64,000 bases of DNA, from IMG/VR virus record IMGVR_UViG_2596583697_000001, positions 50,484-114,483 of that record; one strand, 5' to 3'. The stretch comes from a virus. Taxonomy: Duplodnaviria > Caudoviricetes. A program made the position numbers and the translations under genes. The notes beneath the pieces were generated by a model. It saw nothing but the letters and a program-made list of their open reading frames with translations, was not told the DNA's origin and made no database searches. Positions within the stretch are counted from its first letter, which is position 1. Each line of letters begins with the position of its first letter. Shown piece by piece: positions 11,355-22,426 of this stretch.

Positions 11355-12383
11355 ATGACATACCATGAACAAAATGATATCCAGAATATAAAAAAACTTA
11401 GAAGTATTATATCTGCATTGCCAGCTTATTGCGAAGACTTCTTTCGGGGAATCGAGCCAAGGACTTCCTCGAAGACTAGGATTGCTTATGTGGCCGATCT
11501 GAAGCTATTTTTTGATTATCTGATCAGAAGTGGTCAAGTAAAAGATATGGAGTCAATTACTCTTGATATGCTTTCAGGCTTGAAAATCATTGATTTTGAA
11601 AAGTATATGGAGTGGATAAAATGTTGGACTGATGATTCAGGTAAAGAATATACCAACGGAGAAAAAGCTATTGCAAGAAAGTTGTCTACGTTGAAAGCCT
11701 TCTACAAGTATTTTCAGCAGAACGAAAGGATAGCCACTAATTCAGTATCACTTGTGCAACCACCGAAACTACGTGATAAGGAGATTATCAGGCTTGATAA
11801 CGACGAAATGAAAGCATTTATACAGGCGGTAGAAACTGGAGGTAATTTAGAAGGAAGGGAACGTGCCTTCTTTGAAATAACACAGAAGCGAGACTTTGCA
11901 ATAATCATGTTGATTCTTACCACAGGAGTCCGTGTTTCTGAATGTGTTGGTTTGGATATTAATGACGTAGATTTCAAAAACAGTGGAATTAGAATCTATC
12001 GGAAAGGAGGAAAAGAAGAAACAGTATATTTCAGTGATGACACCAGAGAGGCGTTGGAACCTTATTTAGAAGAAAGAAAACAGACCGAGGCAATTAAAGG
12101 GCATGAGAATGCTCTGTTTTTATCTCTACAGAACAAACGAATATCAACCAGAAACGTAGAGGATTTGATTCCTAAGTACGCAAGGTTGGCAGGAATCCAG
12201 AAGAAGGTTACGCCTCATACACTACGTAGAAGCTATGGAACGGCCTTATATAACGCTACAGGGGACATTTACCTAGTTGCTGGTACATTGGGCCATGCAG
12301 ATGTGAACACTGCGAAACGGCACTATGTGGCATTGGAAGACGAGAAAAAAAGAGAAAATAGAAATGCTGTTAGGCTGAGATGA
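11355..12383 (+). CDS. XerC-like tyrosine recombinase
   Basis: RD..I.L.LTTGVRVSE, RKGGK, TPHTLRRSYGT, LGH....TAKRHY catalytic set intact; RBS GGAGGT before ATG 11355. Confidence 0.92.
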   Translation: MTYHEQNDIQNIKKLRSIISALPAYCEDFFRGIEPRTSSKTRIAYVADLKLFFDYLIRSGQVKDMESITLDMLSGLKIIDFEKYMEWIKCWTDDSGKEYTNGEKAIARKLSTLKAFYKYFQQNERIATNSVSLVQPPKLRDKEIIRLDNDEMKAFIQAVETGGNLEGRERAFFEITQKRDFAIIMLILTTGVRVSECVGLDINDVDFKNSGIRIYRKGGKEETVYFSDDTREALEPYLEERKQTEAIKGHENALFLSLQNKRISTRNVEDLIPKYARLAGIQKKVTPHTLRRSYGTALYNATGDIYLVAGTLGHADVNTAKRHYVALEDEKKRENRNAVRLR

Positions 12384-13888
12384 TGGAAGTGGGTGATTTG
12401 CTCCCAATAAAAGCAGTCTTTGATGAGAAAGAGAGGAAGACATTGTGAAGTATAAAATAAATTGTAAGTGGATACTCAGGCATATTCCGAATTTAATTAT
12501 CAGAGTAATAACTTGTGACAAATATTATATATGTGAAAAGTGTAATTCTATACATCGGAGAGATGGAAAAGAGCTTAGAATGGATATAGATCAGAAGCCG
12601 TCTCTATTATACAAAAGTGTAAGTTTTGAGTGCTATGTTAAACAGCAGCGGGAAGTGGGAGAACTGCTAAGGATGTCAATGTTTAAACAGTTACCATAAA
12701 ACAACCTCTTAATAAGAATGGAGAAAAAACAATATGAGTAAAGATAAGCAGCCGGTATTAAACCACGGAGACAAGATAATTTATAATGAAAACGATCCAC
12801 ATGTATGGTATGATAACATGAAAGAAGCACTTGAAAATGCAGGATTTACATTGTCTAAGGAGGTGGCGTAATGGCAGGACTAATTGTTATTATTTTAATA
12901 GTTGCATATTACAAGTATGCAACTCGTAGGCCTAGATACGGTACCCAAGAGTATCTCGACTGGAAATATAAGAATTACCATGGCGGTGGCGAATATATGA
13001 AGTCATTAGAGAAGAAGAATATGACATGTTCATATAAAGATATCCCAATGACTCCTTCTGAAAAAGAAGCTTATAATAAGCATGAAAGAGAAAATGGAAG
13101 ACCTGGAATTGAATAATCTAAAATTGTAATCAAACCTAGATTTTGTAGAAAGTGGTGAGAACATGTGGAAATATTATATAGAAATTTTGACTGGTAGCTG
13201 TACAGGAGATTATGTTGAAGGAAAAGAGGTCCCAGGTGATGGTATTCCCGTTTGTGCCGATTTAGCAGTAGCTAAGTGGTTTGATTCACCAGATGAATTA
13301 AATAAGTGGGCAAAAGAAAATACATCGTTAAATCTTGAAGAGGGTGAGTATGCAATTTATGGAGTATATTATCCTGAACTAAAGGAGGAAGCGGTATGAC
13401 AATTTGGGAAGCGGAAAAGGAAATTTTGAAAGCGCAAACACCACAGGAGATGGATGAAATTACAAATGGTTTTGATAAAAAGGACTTACAAAACATTGTT
13501 AAATTGCTTGTAGATAGAATGACTCCTGAGAATCTAAATAGAAATGAAACTATCAATGCGGATTTTGATGTCAATGATATCACTAAAGGAAAGAGTAAAG
13601 AATTTATAAGACAGTGGATCGATAAACATTATAACTAAATCGACATTTGATCTTTATAGATATGGAGAGATACAAATGAATAAAATAATCGACTATACGA
13701 TTACCGAATCGGATCTTGTAGGTATGGATGAAATATCTTTGGCCGATATGTTTCTATATGCTGATAGAGATAGAAAAGAATTTGAAGTTGCCGAAAAGAT
13801 TTATTGGTGGTGTGTAAAAGAAATAAATAGAAGATTAGACGCAGGTGAGACTTCTATTTACCAAAATTAACTACAGATTATATTTATA

Positions 13889-14371
13889 GTGAGGTTAAAA
13901 ATGAAAAACCCCTTTGCACCAAATGGAATTACTTCATCAAAAATAATATATACACTAGCAAGGGAAGAATTTGGTGAATTAATTCAAAAAAGCAGAAGCT
14001 ATGTTTCGTTAAAGCGTGATATTGTTAGAGCGTTAAGAAAAATGGAAACAGATGAGCGAGAAGAGAACCGGTTAAATACGTTGGTTGGAATTGAGCATTT
14101 AAAACAAAATGATTTTGGAAATTTTATATCTGTGCGTTTTGCGTATTGGGGAATGATGATTGCTATCGCCGTTATGGTTATAGGAGATGTACCAATTTAT
14201 AGTTATTTCAATATGAGTAAGAGAAACTTTGGTAATGCTGTGATGACACTCTTGGGTGTTTTATTAATTGCAATGGCAAGAACCATACACACTCAACATG
14301 ATCAGTTGGAATACTTAAATTTTAAATTAATATGTTTTGAAGAAATGCTCGGTAATCGAAAGAAAAATTAA
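13889..14371 (+). CDS. Hypothetical membrane protein
   Basis: Two hydrophobic segments. Confidence 0.55.
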   Translation: MRLKMKNPFAPNGITSSKIIYTLAREEFGELIQKSRSYVSLKRDIVRALRKMETDEREENRLNTLVGIEHLKQNDFGNFISVRFAYWGMMIAIAVMVIGDVPIYSYFNMSKRNFGNAVMTLLGVLLIAMARTIHTQHDQLEYLNFKLICFEEMLGNRKKN

Positions 14372-14422
14372 ATAGTAATTGATAAAAGGATTGTTTCATT
14401 AGTAATAGAAAGAGAGGATGTT

Positions 14423-15232
14423 ATGACAAGAAAGAAAAGTGAAAAGAAAGAATTAACAATAGAAGAAAGATTATTACAAGAAAAAGAAAATGGATTATTA
14501 ATGGCTGAAAAAGAAATTCCTTTTCTTAACACTCCAACATATTCGTTTAATATTGGAGATAAAGTGCGTTATGGTGCCTTAAAAGAAAGTGCCGTAGATG
14601 AAATATTTAATGATGGAAAAATATACGGATTGAAATGCATAGCTATTAATAGCAATTATGGAGACCCATATGAATATGAAACATATAGAGTAGCCACTTG
14701 GGTAGATATTAGGCCAATGGAAAATGGAGAAACAGATTTTGCAAAGAATCAGAATATAAAACTATACTATAGTAACTCAGAATTACACAGTTTAATTCAT
14801 AGTTGCTATTCTTTTGGAATTGATATGAATCCTGATTATCAGAGAGGATATGTGTGGGAGCAGGAAGATAAAGAATTGCTTATTGATAGTATCTTTAATA
14901 ATATTGATGTCGGAAAATTCGTACTCATCCATTTGTCTAATTCTGAATGGCACCAAAGAGGTTATTCCTACGAAATATTAGATGGGAAGCAGAGATTAAA
15001 CACAATTATTGAATTCTATGAAAATAGGATACAATATAAAGGGAAATTTTTTAATGAGCTAAGTTTGAAAGACCAAAGAACTTTTACTAATCATACGGTT
15101 GCGGTCGCGAATGTGGATGAGTCGGATAAGAAGACGATTCTGAAATATTTCTTAATGCTTAATAGAACGGGTAAATCAATGGATAAAACTCAACTTGACA
15201 AAGTTGAGAAGATGTTGTGTGAAATTAAGTAG
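14423..15232 (+). CDS. DUF262 (ParB/GmrS-like) domain protein
   Basis: PDYQRGYVW, LIDSI, EILDGKQRL, F..LN.TG. Confidence 0.8.
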   Translation: MTRKKSEKKELTIEERLLQEKENGLLMAEKEIPFLNTPTYSFNIGDKVRYGALKESAVDEIFNDGKIYGLKCIAINSNYGDPYEYETYRVATWVDIRPMENGETDFAKNQNIKLYYSNSELHSLIHSCYSFGIDMNPDYQRGYVWEQEDKELLIDSIFNNIDVGKFVLIHLSNSEWHQRGYSYEILDGKQRLNTIIEFYENRIQYKGKFFNELSLKDQRTFTNHTVAVANVDESDKKTILKYFLMLNRTGKSMDKTQLDKVEKMLCEIK

Positions 15233-15266
15233 ATAAAATGATTATTTCATGAGTTAGGATAAATAC

Positions 15267-15932
15267 ATGAGGATTATACATTTTGGGATTCCGGTGCTAA
15301 GTGGAAAATACGGATTTAATATTTGTGCTGAAAACTATGCACTTAAAAGCAATAAATCATCATTTGACGGAAAAATGTCATGCGCTGAGTATACAGATAA
15401 TGATTTTAAAATCTATACGGATGATTTTGTCGAAAAATATTATGATGCTATTATGGAGAATTATTATTTGAATATGGAGTATTTTGCTAGACTAGATAAA
15501 GATAAGTTTCAACAAGAGGTTTTAAGTTTTGTGAATAAAAATAAATTTATTGAGGTCGAAGATTTAAATATCTATTCTGATTTTGAAGGATATTATATTA
15601 TGGTTTTAGATGAATACTCCCAAATATATATTGGAACGAGTGAAAAAGATATTGTAAAGAGAATTAGAATGCATTGGACAAACAGAAAATTATTTGATAG
15701 GCTATTGCTCCCGATGTGGGCAGTAAAAGGCTCTGTTATGAGCATTGACAGTTTTAGAGCACTAGACACTACTAGAATTTATATAAAGAAGGAAAAGGCT
15801 TTTACTAAAGAAAATTATTATATAAATCAATTTTCCAAAGAATTTTGTATGAACAGAATAAACGGTGGAAGTCTTGAAACCATGAGAAATGAAGGAAAAG
15901 TCATGGAAGTTAAAACACATGATTTAATCTAG
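15267..15932 (+). CDS. GIY-YIG-like nuclease
   Basis: GYYIM...QIYIGTS..IVKRIRMH, later E and N residues. Confidence 0.65.
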   Translation: MRIIHFGIPVLSGKYGFNICAENYALKSNKSSFDGKMSCAEYTDNDFKIYTDDFVEKYYDAIMENYYLNMEYFARLDKDKFQQEVLSFVNKNKFIEVEDLNIYSDFEGYYIMVLDEYSQIYIGTSEKDIVKRIRMHWTNRKLFDRLLLPMWAVKGSVMSIDSFRALDTTRIYIKKEKAFTKENYYINQFSKEFCMNRINGGSLETMRNEGKVMEVKTHDLI

Positions 15933-17180
15933 TACTTAAAAAAAGTAAATTAAATAATAGTTTTAAACGCTACCGAAGGGAGTATTTTACATGCATGATA
16001 ATATAGTTACAAGGCTATAAGGACCATTTCTTTTGACAGCAGAAGATGCAGAGCATAATAAAAGTTTAAATTGGTTAGAAACAGAAGAGGAGTTGTTACA
16101 ATTTTCTGCTAAAATAAAAAAGGCTGATGGTAAAATAATTGGCGCAATAGGGTTTGGTGGAGCCTCTCCGGTATTTATTATATAAATTTAGATTGCATGT
16201 GAAGGAGGAGAACGTGTATTGGCGGTTGTCATTATGTTAATACAGGTGAGGGGTAGGACATAACGAAACAAAATCGGTTATCAGTGCAAAGGTGTTTTTA
16301 TAAGATAAAATTTGAGTTTGATTGGGAGGAGAATAAATGGAACAACCTAACATGAAAAGAGTTAGTTGGATGGAAGTGCAAGAGCTACAAAACGGGACAA
16401 AGGTGTATGTTGAGTTAATTGGTTCAGATTGGAGTCTTGATGAGAAGACTTCATGGAATATCAAACAGGAAGACGGATTGCATTATGAAATAGAAGATGA
16501 AAATAACTCAATTAGTTTTCCATTTGATTTTGATTATAATGGAAATAATATGAGTATTATTTGCTTCGTCAAAGAATATATTTGTGAATGTTGCAATGGT
16601 GATGAAGCCTTATATTGGAAAGATAATGAAAATAATGCTATTGTAAATAGTAAAGGAGAAATGCTTGTCACAGTTAAAGATAAAACGATGCGATATAAAG
16701 TGAAGTATTGTCCTAACTGTGGTAATAAATTTAATCGATGAAATCTAAGGTTCATATGGAGAAGGGGCATAATATGTACATAATAAAAGATAGCAATGAG
16801 AGGTATTTTGTGAACTGGATCGGCAGCACTCCGGTGTTTAATGGGGATATATCTTCTGCAAAGGTACTTAATGAGAAGGATGCAAATAAGGCAATGAGAT
16901 CGTTGAAAATGATAATTAAAGGTAATTACGAAAAAATATTGTGCGACGAGGAATTTATAAAAAGGCTGAATAGGGATAATCCTGAGTGGTATCGTCAGCA
17001 GATAGAAGAATTATTAAAGCAATATAAAGAGAAATCAAAAGAAACCCATGATTCAAATGAAGGAGCGTATTTGATATACAATCAGATTATTGACGATTTG
17101 GAAAAGATTTTATATGGATATAAGTAGACTTTTAAATGTATTTATTGGGTAATTAGGGCACTGGTAAAGATTTTATAAAT

Positions 17181-17249
17181 AAATAAAGAAAACTGTTGAC
17201 ACGGTGAGAAATTAGTGATATAGTTACGTCAGATGGAAATAAAGAAAAC
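17181..17249 (+). promoter_or_regulatory. SigA promoter bracketed by AAATAAAGAAAAC boxes
   Basis: Box 17181-17193; TTGACA 17196, 17 bp, TGnTATAGT 17219; box 17237-17249. Confidence 0.85.
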
Positions 17250-17288
17250 CAAAAAAACAGATTGGTATGAAAAGGAGGATATGTATAA

Positions 17289-17840
17289 GTGTCAATAGTA
17301 AAAGTGATTGGAAATAATGTGTGTTTATTAAATAATGATAGGGTGGTTCACAGCAGGAGTATAGCGGAAACTATATATTGCGGAGAGGTGAGATATGCAT
17401 ATCTTCCAAAGATGCCTACTGTTGAGGGATTAAAGTTCCATATTCAAGAGAAGGCAAGACCTGTTTTGATCGTATCAAACAATGCTAATAATAGGGCTGC
17501 TAACGGAAACGTCCAGATTATTCCGTTTACATCAAAAGATAAGACCAGTTTACCAACTCATTTATCATTCAAGGCAGGAGAATTTGGGCTTGCAGAGGAT
17601 TCAATTTTGATGGCTGAGTGTGAGACGCAGATTCCAGCTACGTTTGTTTTTGAAAAAATTGGTGAAGTAAATGATAATAAAATCATTGAAGATATCGTCC
17701 AAACGATAATTATTCAGCATGGGTTGTTTGCAAAACTTATGAAAAAGAGATATAATAAGTCGAATGTGAACCGATCAGTGTCTGATTATAAGGTTATCGA
17801 AGGGAGAAAACATAATGACTTCGAAAGAAATATTGGATAA
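17289..17840 (+). CDS. PemK/MazF-family protein
   Basis: GEV.YA.L, Q..ARPVLIVSNN..N, IIPFTSK, LPTH, GL..DS..MAE. Confidence 0.8.
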   Translation: MSIVKVIGNNVCLLNNDRVVHSRSIAETIYCGEVRYAYLPKMPTVEGLKFHIQEKARPVLIVSNNANNRAANGNVQIIPFTSKDKTSLPTHLSFKAGEFGLAEDSILMAECETQIPATFVFEKIGEVNDNKIIEDIVQTIIIQHGLFAKLMKKRYNKSNVNRSVSDYKVIEGRKHNDFERNIG

Positions 17841-18774
17841 TTTTTCGAAAATAGACTCAAAATCATTAACTGCGGCCAAATATATCAATGGACAGAATCC
17901 TTTTCAATATGAGGAAGAATTTGGAGCAGACTTTATTCACTTTACTGATAAGATGATATCAGATATGTTGCTTGAAAAGAAGAGGTATTATAGATTATTC
18001 TATTTATCGAAAGCAATAACATATTACCGTCAATTCTACGACTACTGTATGAGTTGTGGATATATTAATTATAATCCTGTAAGCGATAATTCCATATATT
18101 TTACTTATTCCTATATGTTGCAAAAAATTGTTAAACTCGGAAACGTAGAATTATATTCAAGAAATTATATTACGAGTAAGTGTAATGGGTTTGATGAAAA
18201 TACTCCATATTACAAGTCAATCGCCCTGTCCATCTATGAAGGTGTTAAAGACTATAACGCACTATCTAAGATAAGGTACAGTGATGTTGATTTTGAAAAA
18301 GGTACTATTAAAGTTGCCGATGATCATATTAAAATATCAGAAGAATTGCTTCAGACATATAAAGACATGTATGATATGAATTCCTTTAAGAATATGTCAA
18401 GACAAGAATACTTTTTATTTGATGATTCTATTGATTCTTTAATAAGGCAGTTTCAGAAAAGAGGAGATGGAAAATCAAGCAATGACTTGGTTAGATTTGC
18501 AAGGTTTATGAGTTTGAAAATTGTTGAAACAGGACTGGACTGTAACTTTATTTATGACTCTGGGTTGATATTTAGGTTATCAGAAATTCTTGGAAAAGAA
18601 AGATTAGTAGAAATTCTTGAATATGATAGTGGCTTAAGTAAAAAAGAAAAAATCGAAAATAATAAAGCTATGCAAGCTGCCCTTATAAAAGCAGGAAGCA
18701 ATCTTCTGTGCAAAAACTTCTTGTTTGACTATAGAGTTTATGGCGTTTGTTTGAAAAATAATTTAATAAAGTAA
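17815..18774 (+). CDS. Probable MrpR/YopR-like repressor (degenerate tyrosine-recombinase fold)
   Basis: 319 aa; Y..FYDYC...GYINYNP, ALSIYEGV, L..IRYSDVDFEKGTI; no HxxR motif. Confidence 0.55.
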   Translation: MTSKEILDNFSKIDSKSLTAAKYINGQNPFQYEEEFGADFIHFTDKMISDMLLEKKRYYRLFYLSKAITYYRQFYDYCMSCGYINYNPVSDNSIYFTYSYMLQKIVKLGNVELYSRNYITSKCNGFDENTPYYKSIALSIYEGVKDYNALSKIRYSDVDFEKGTIKVADDHIKISEELLQTYKDMYDMNSFKNMSRQEYFLFDDSIDSLIRQFQKRGDGKSSNDLVRFARFMSLKIVETGLDCNFIYDSGLIFRLSEILGKERLVEILEYDSGLSKKEKIENNKAMQAALIKAGSNLLCKNFLFDYRVYGVCLKNNLIK

Positions 18775-19898
18775 TACTTGAGTTTAAACGTCTATTAATG
18801 ACGTTTAAATTTAAGGAACTGCAATAAATAAAGAAAACCATAATGGAGGAATATAATGGCTGAAATCGTTGAAGAGATTTTAAGCAATCAATCAAGAGGT
18901 TGCATAATTAGTATATTTACACCAACTGATAGTGATAAATACTTTATGAGAAAATATTGTGCAGCGATTAACAACAATGGTAAGAATATAATATTAATGG
19001 ATGATAAAAATAAAGATTTAAGTATCAGCATTTCTGTCGGCAATATTAAACTTCTGAATAAAGAGGAACTTTTTGATTCAATATTACTGGATTTTTTGAC
19101 GGAAGATAATATTAGATATGAAATGTACATAGCCGATTCATTTTACTCAGCGGACATGCCTTTGGATCAAGTGCCATAATTGATGGTGCATTTTTTAAAA
19201 ACATACACAAAAATAAAGAAAACCAAAAGCGAGGGTTAAATGATTTCTTTCAAAGAACTAATAATGTCAAATCAATTAAAGGACATAGTTATTCATGTGG
19301 ATTATATGTCAGGTGAATGTGTGGAAGTTGATATAAAAAAATATAAGCTTTTTAAATGCGAAGAACCAGGACAAGCACTGGTGGTGGGCGATACCCCGAT
19401 TCCATCAATTAGAATATTTACAGATAATGTGGAGCTGTTGAGTAATGAAGAAATGCTGGGAAAAGTAATTGCAATAGAAGCCAGGCACAAAGATACATAT
19501 TATAACTTTTACATACATAGTGGGCTTGACTTTACGAAAACAACAATTGAGGATGTTGCTTGAAAATGCGTATTTTATTAGAAAACAGGAGGAAAAAATA
19601 ATGGGATATTACGGTAATAATGTAGAGCCAGAAAAGAAAATAGTAAAAATCAAGGTTGAATTTGAAGCCATACCTATTAGACATATGGCTGTGCAATGCC
19701 CAGATTGCAAAAATTGGTTCCATGGGAATGATATTTATAAAGATGGCTGTAGCTGTAAGCACGATATTTTTTGGAACGAATGTGAATGTCCAAAATGCGG
19801 TAGCCGGTTCGTAGTATCGGAGAACAGCGATATAGGTAGCGCTAATTTTCCTGAATTTTATAAAGAATGTCTTCAGAAGAAAGAGGTGTGGGAATAGG

Positions 19899-20390
19899 TT
19901 GATCAACTTAGCGGGAGTAAAAGATTGTGATAAGGACATTATCCAAGAATTAACCATTGCAAAAATACCGTATTTAAGAATAGGTAAGAGAAACAATGAA
20001 GTACCGAGCGAATACATAGGAATTCTGAATGGCTTTGTTTTTGTACGTGCATGGTATTATTGGACAGTTAGTGGCTATATGCCATTGAAATATGCAGATG
20101 AGCTTTATGTTAAGTACAAGGACTTGCAGATCAGAGCAGGAGGGCATGGTGGCAATGTGGCACCTTCCGAGCAGGTTACAAGCAGAGAACACAAGAAAAG
20201 ATGTAGGGATTTATTTGACTCAATGTCCTTTAAAGAATTGGTCGAATGGAAGAAGACGCATCCACTAAAAGTCGAAGAGTCTGATGAAAAATGCGTTGAC
20301 CACTACCACATAGATACGCAGCTTGGTTTGTGTAGATTTGCAGAAACAATAATTGAAAACAGTATTGTAACGGAATTTATAAACGATTAG
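19899..20390 (+). CDS. Hypothetical phage protein
   Basis: 163-aa ORF with RBS. Confidence 0.6.
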   Translation: MINLAGVKDCDKDIIQELTIAKIPYLRIGKRNNEVPSEYIGILNGFVFVRAWYYWTVSGYMPLKYADELYVKYKDLQIRAGGHGGNVAPSEQVTSREHKKRCRDLFDSMSFKELVEWKKTHPLKVEESDEKCVDHYHIDTQLGLCRFAETIIENSIVTEFIND

Positions 20391-20430
20391 TTAAACAAAC
20401 TCGTGTTTTGTTTAGAAAGTAGGTGATTAG

Positions 20431-21624
20431 ATGCCGGTCGAGGGCGAATGGGATTTTAACAGATTATATAATAGATGTTTTTATCAAGATCAAAAATTAG
20501 CTGGCATTAAAAAATACATAAAATCATGGAATTATATACCAAAAGAGTACATGTTTCATGAAGTTGCAGATGAAGATAGACTATATCTTGGCGTTGAATT
20601 AGAAATTGATAGTGGCGGAGAAGATGAGGATAAGGCGAGACATATTTGCAATGTCATGAATAGAGAAGGTGAAAATATTTATTGTAAGCATGATGGCAGT
20701 CTAAATGATGGATTTGAAATAGTGACCCACCCATGTACGCTCGATTATCACAAACAGTTAGATTATGAAGAAATGTTTGACTGGTTGGTAAAAAATAAAT
20801 ATCGTTCACATGATACTTCAACTTGCGGGCTGCATGTTCATATTAACAGGAGCTTTTTTGGGGAAGACAAGCTTACGAGAGATCTGTGTATTAGTAAATT
20901 ACTGTATTTGTTCGAAAAGTACTGGGATAAAGTAGAGTTAATCGCCAGAAGATCCAGCAACAGATTTGCCAGGAGATTTTTACTTGAAGAAGATGACACT
21001 CCTATTGATTTATACGCTAAGTCCCAGGCATCAGATAAATATGGAGCAATTAATTTAAAACACAAAGACACCGTAGAGATTCGAATTTTCAAGGGGACTC
21101 TGAATTACAATACATACATTAGTACGTTGGAATTCGTTTGTGCAATGGTAAAAATTGCAAAAGAAACGGACATTTATGAAATTCAGTATGTAACATGGGA
21201 TAAGATTAAAACTCAATTTTCTGATGAGTTGAATGGATACATTTTTGAAAGAGAAGAGATAAAGATAAAAGATGAAGAATCTAAGCGTCTTCTTCGAATG
21301 AAATTTCAGTCTTTAGAAACTAATTTTAACGGAATGGGAGTCGAATTTAGTAGCAACACAAGAGTTTTGGGAGCTGATTTTTCAGATAGTTTTATGGCAG
21401 CATGGAGAAATCTTTCAACTCAAGCTGGTATAATTAGCTCAAATCTAACTACGGCAGGTGTTGAGCAAGTGAGAGAAATAACACCAGAGGAACGCATTAG
21501 ACGAGAGATAGTAGATTTGAGAAGTTGTGTAAGAAGATGCCGAAACGGTTTAGAAGAAGGTAATCTTAATAGACAGATTGCGAGACTGGAAGATGAACTA
21601 CTAAGAATAAGAAGGGCTATTTAA
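20431..21624 (+). CDS. Putative amidoligase (COOH-NH2 ligase) family protein
   Basis: LGVELEID, KHDGSL, GFEIVTHP, TCGLHVH, KYGAIN, TVEIRIFKGT. Confidence 0.8.
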   Translation: MPVEGEWDFNRLYNRCFYQDQKLAGIKKYIKSWNYIPKEYMFHEVADEDRLYLGVELEIDSGGEDEDKARHICNVMNREGENIYCKHDGSLNDGFEIVTHPCTLDYHKQLDYEEMFDWLVKNKYRSHDTSTCGLHVHINRSFFGEDKLTRDLCISKLLYLFEKYWDKVELIARRSSNRFARRFLLEEDDTPIDLYAKSQASDKYGAINLKHKDTVEIRIFKGTLNYNTYISTLEFVCAMVKIAKETDIYEIQYVTWDKIKTQFSDELNGYIFEREEIKIKDEESKRLLRMKFQSLETNFNGMGVEFSSNTRVLGADFSDSFMAAWRNLSTQAGIISSNLTTAGVEQVREITPEERIRREIVDLRSCVRRCRNGLEEGNLNRQIARLEDELLRIRRAI

Positions 21625-21634
21625 AATAAAATCT

Positions 21635-22426
21635 TTGTTCTATGAGAAAGGAGTGAGAAAAGTAAACACGTCGATTAAAGATTATAAAATATATAATTCT
21701 GGAATGAAAAAGTCTATTAAAGACAAACTGTTTTTCGAGGGATTAATCGATGATTCAATAGATACATTTGTTGATTTTGGCTGTGCTGATGGACAAATTT
21801 TAGCGCAAGTACATAACGATTTTCCAGAGTGGAAGCTAAAGGGAATAGACAATGATTATATGATGATAGAACTTGCTCAAGGAAATTGTAAGACTGCTGA
21901 ATATTTTGAAAAAATAACTGATATAACAAATAATGAAATGTCTATATTAAACTTAAGTAGCGTGATCCATGAAGTGTATTCTTATTCGTCTAGCGATACT
22001 ATTGGAGAATTTTGGTCAAACGTATTTAACGGCGGATTCAAATATATTTCAATTAGAGATTTAATGGGTAGCTATGCAATTAATGCTGAAGCAGAAATTA
22101 ATGATATATTAAAGTTACAAAGGAAAACAAATAGTAAACAGTTAAATGACTTCATTTCCGTTTGGGGAAATATTTCTACTAGAAGAAATTTGGTTCATTA
22201 TTTGCTTAAATATAGTTATATAGAAAATTGGGAAAGAGAACTTAGAGAAAATTATCTTCCTATCACTGTAGAATGTTTTTTAAATATGATTCCCGATACT
22301 TATGAAATAATTTATTTTAATCATTATATTCTACCATTTACAAAAGATAGGATTAAGAAAGATTTTGATATCGAATTAAGAGACAATACACATGTAAAAA
22401 TATTATTAAAGAAAAAACAAATATGA
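21635..22426 (+). CDS. Class I SAM-dependent methyltransferase
   Basis: VDFGCADG, GID, LSSVIHEVYSY; true start probably near 21662. Confidence 0.75.
   Translation: MFYEKGVRKVNTSIKDYKIYNSGMKKSIKDKLFFEGLIDDSIDTFVDFGCADGQILAQVHNDFPEWKLKGIDNDYMMIELAQGNCKTAEYFEKITDITNNEMSILNLSSVIHEVYSYSSSDTIGEFWSNVFNGGFKYISIRDLMGSYAINAEAEINDILKLQRKTNSKQLNDFISVWGNISTRRNLVHYLLKYSYIENWERELRENYLPITVECFLNMIPDTYEIIYFNHYILPFTKDRIKKDFDIELRDNTHVKILLKKKQI

Noticed and set aside
14423-15232. Complete GmrSD or Dnd/Ssp defence system built from DUF262 and the PAPS reductase
   Set aside because: No HNH/DUF1524 partner or other dnd/ssp genes nearby, and the two genes are 14 kb apart
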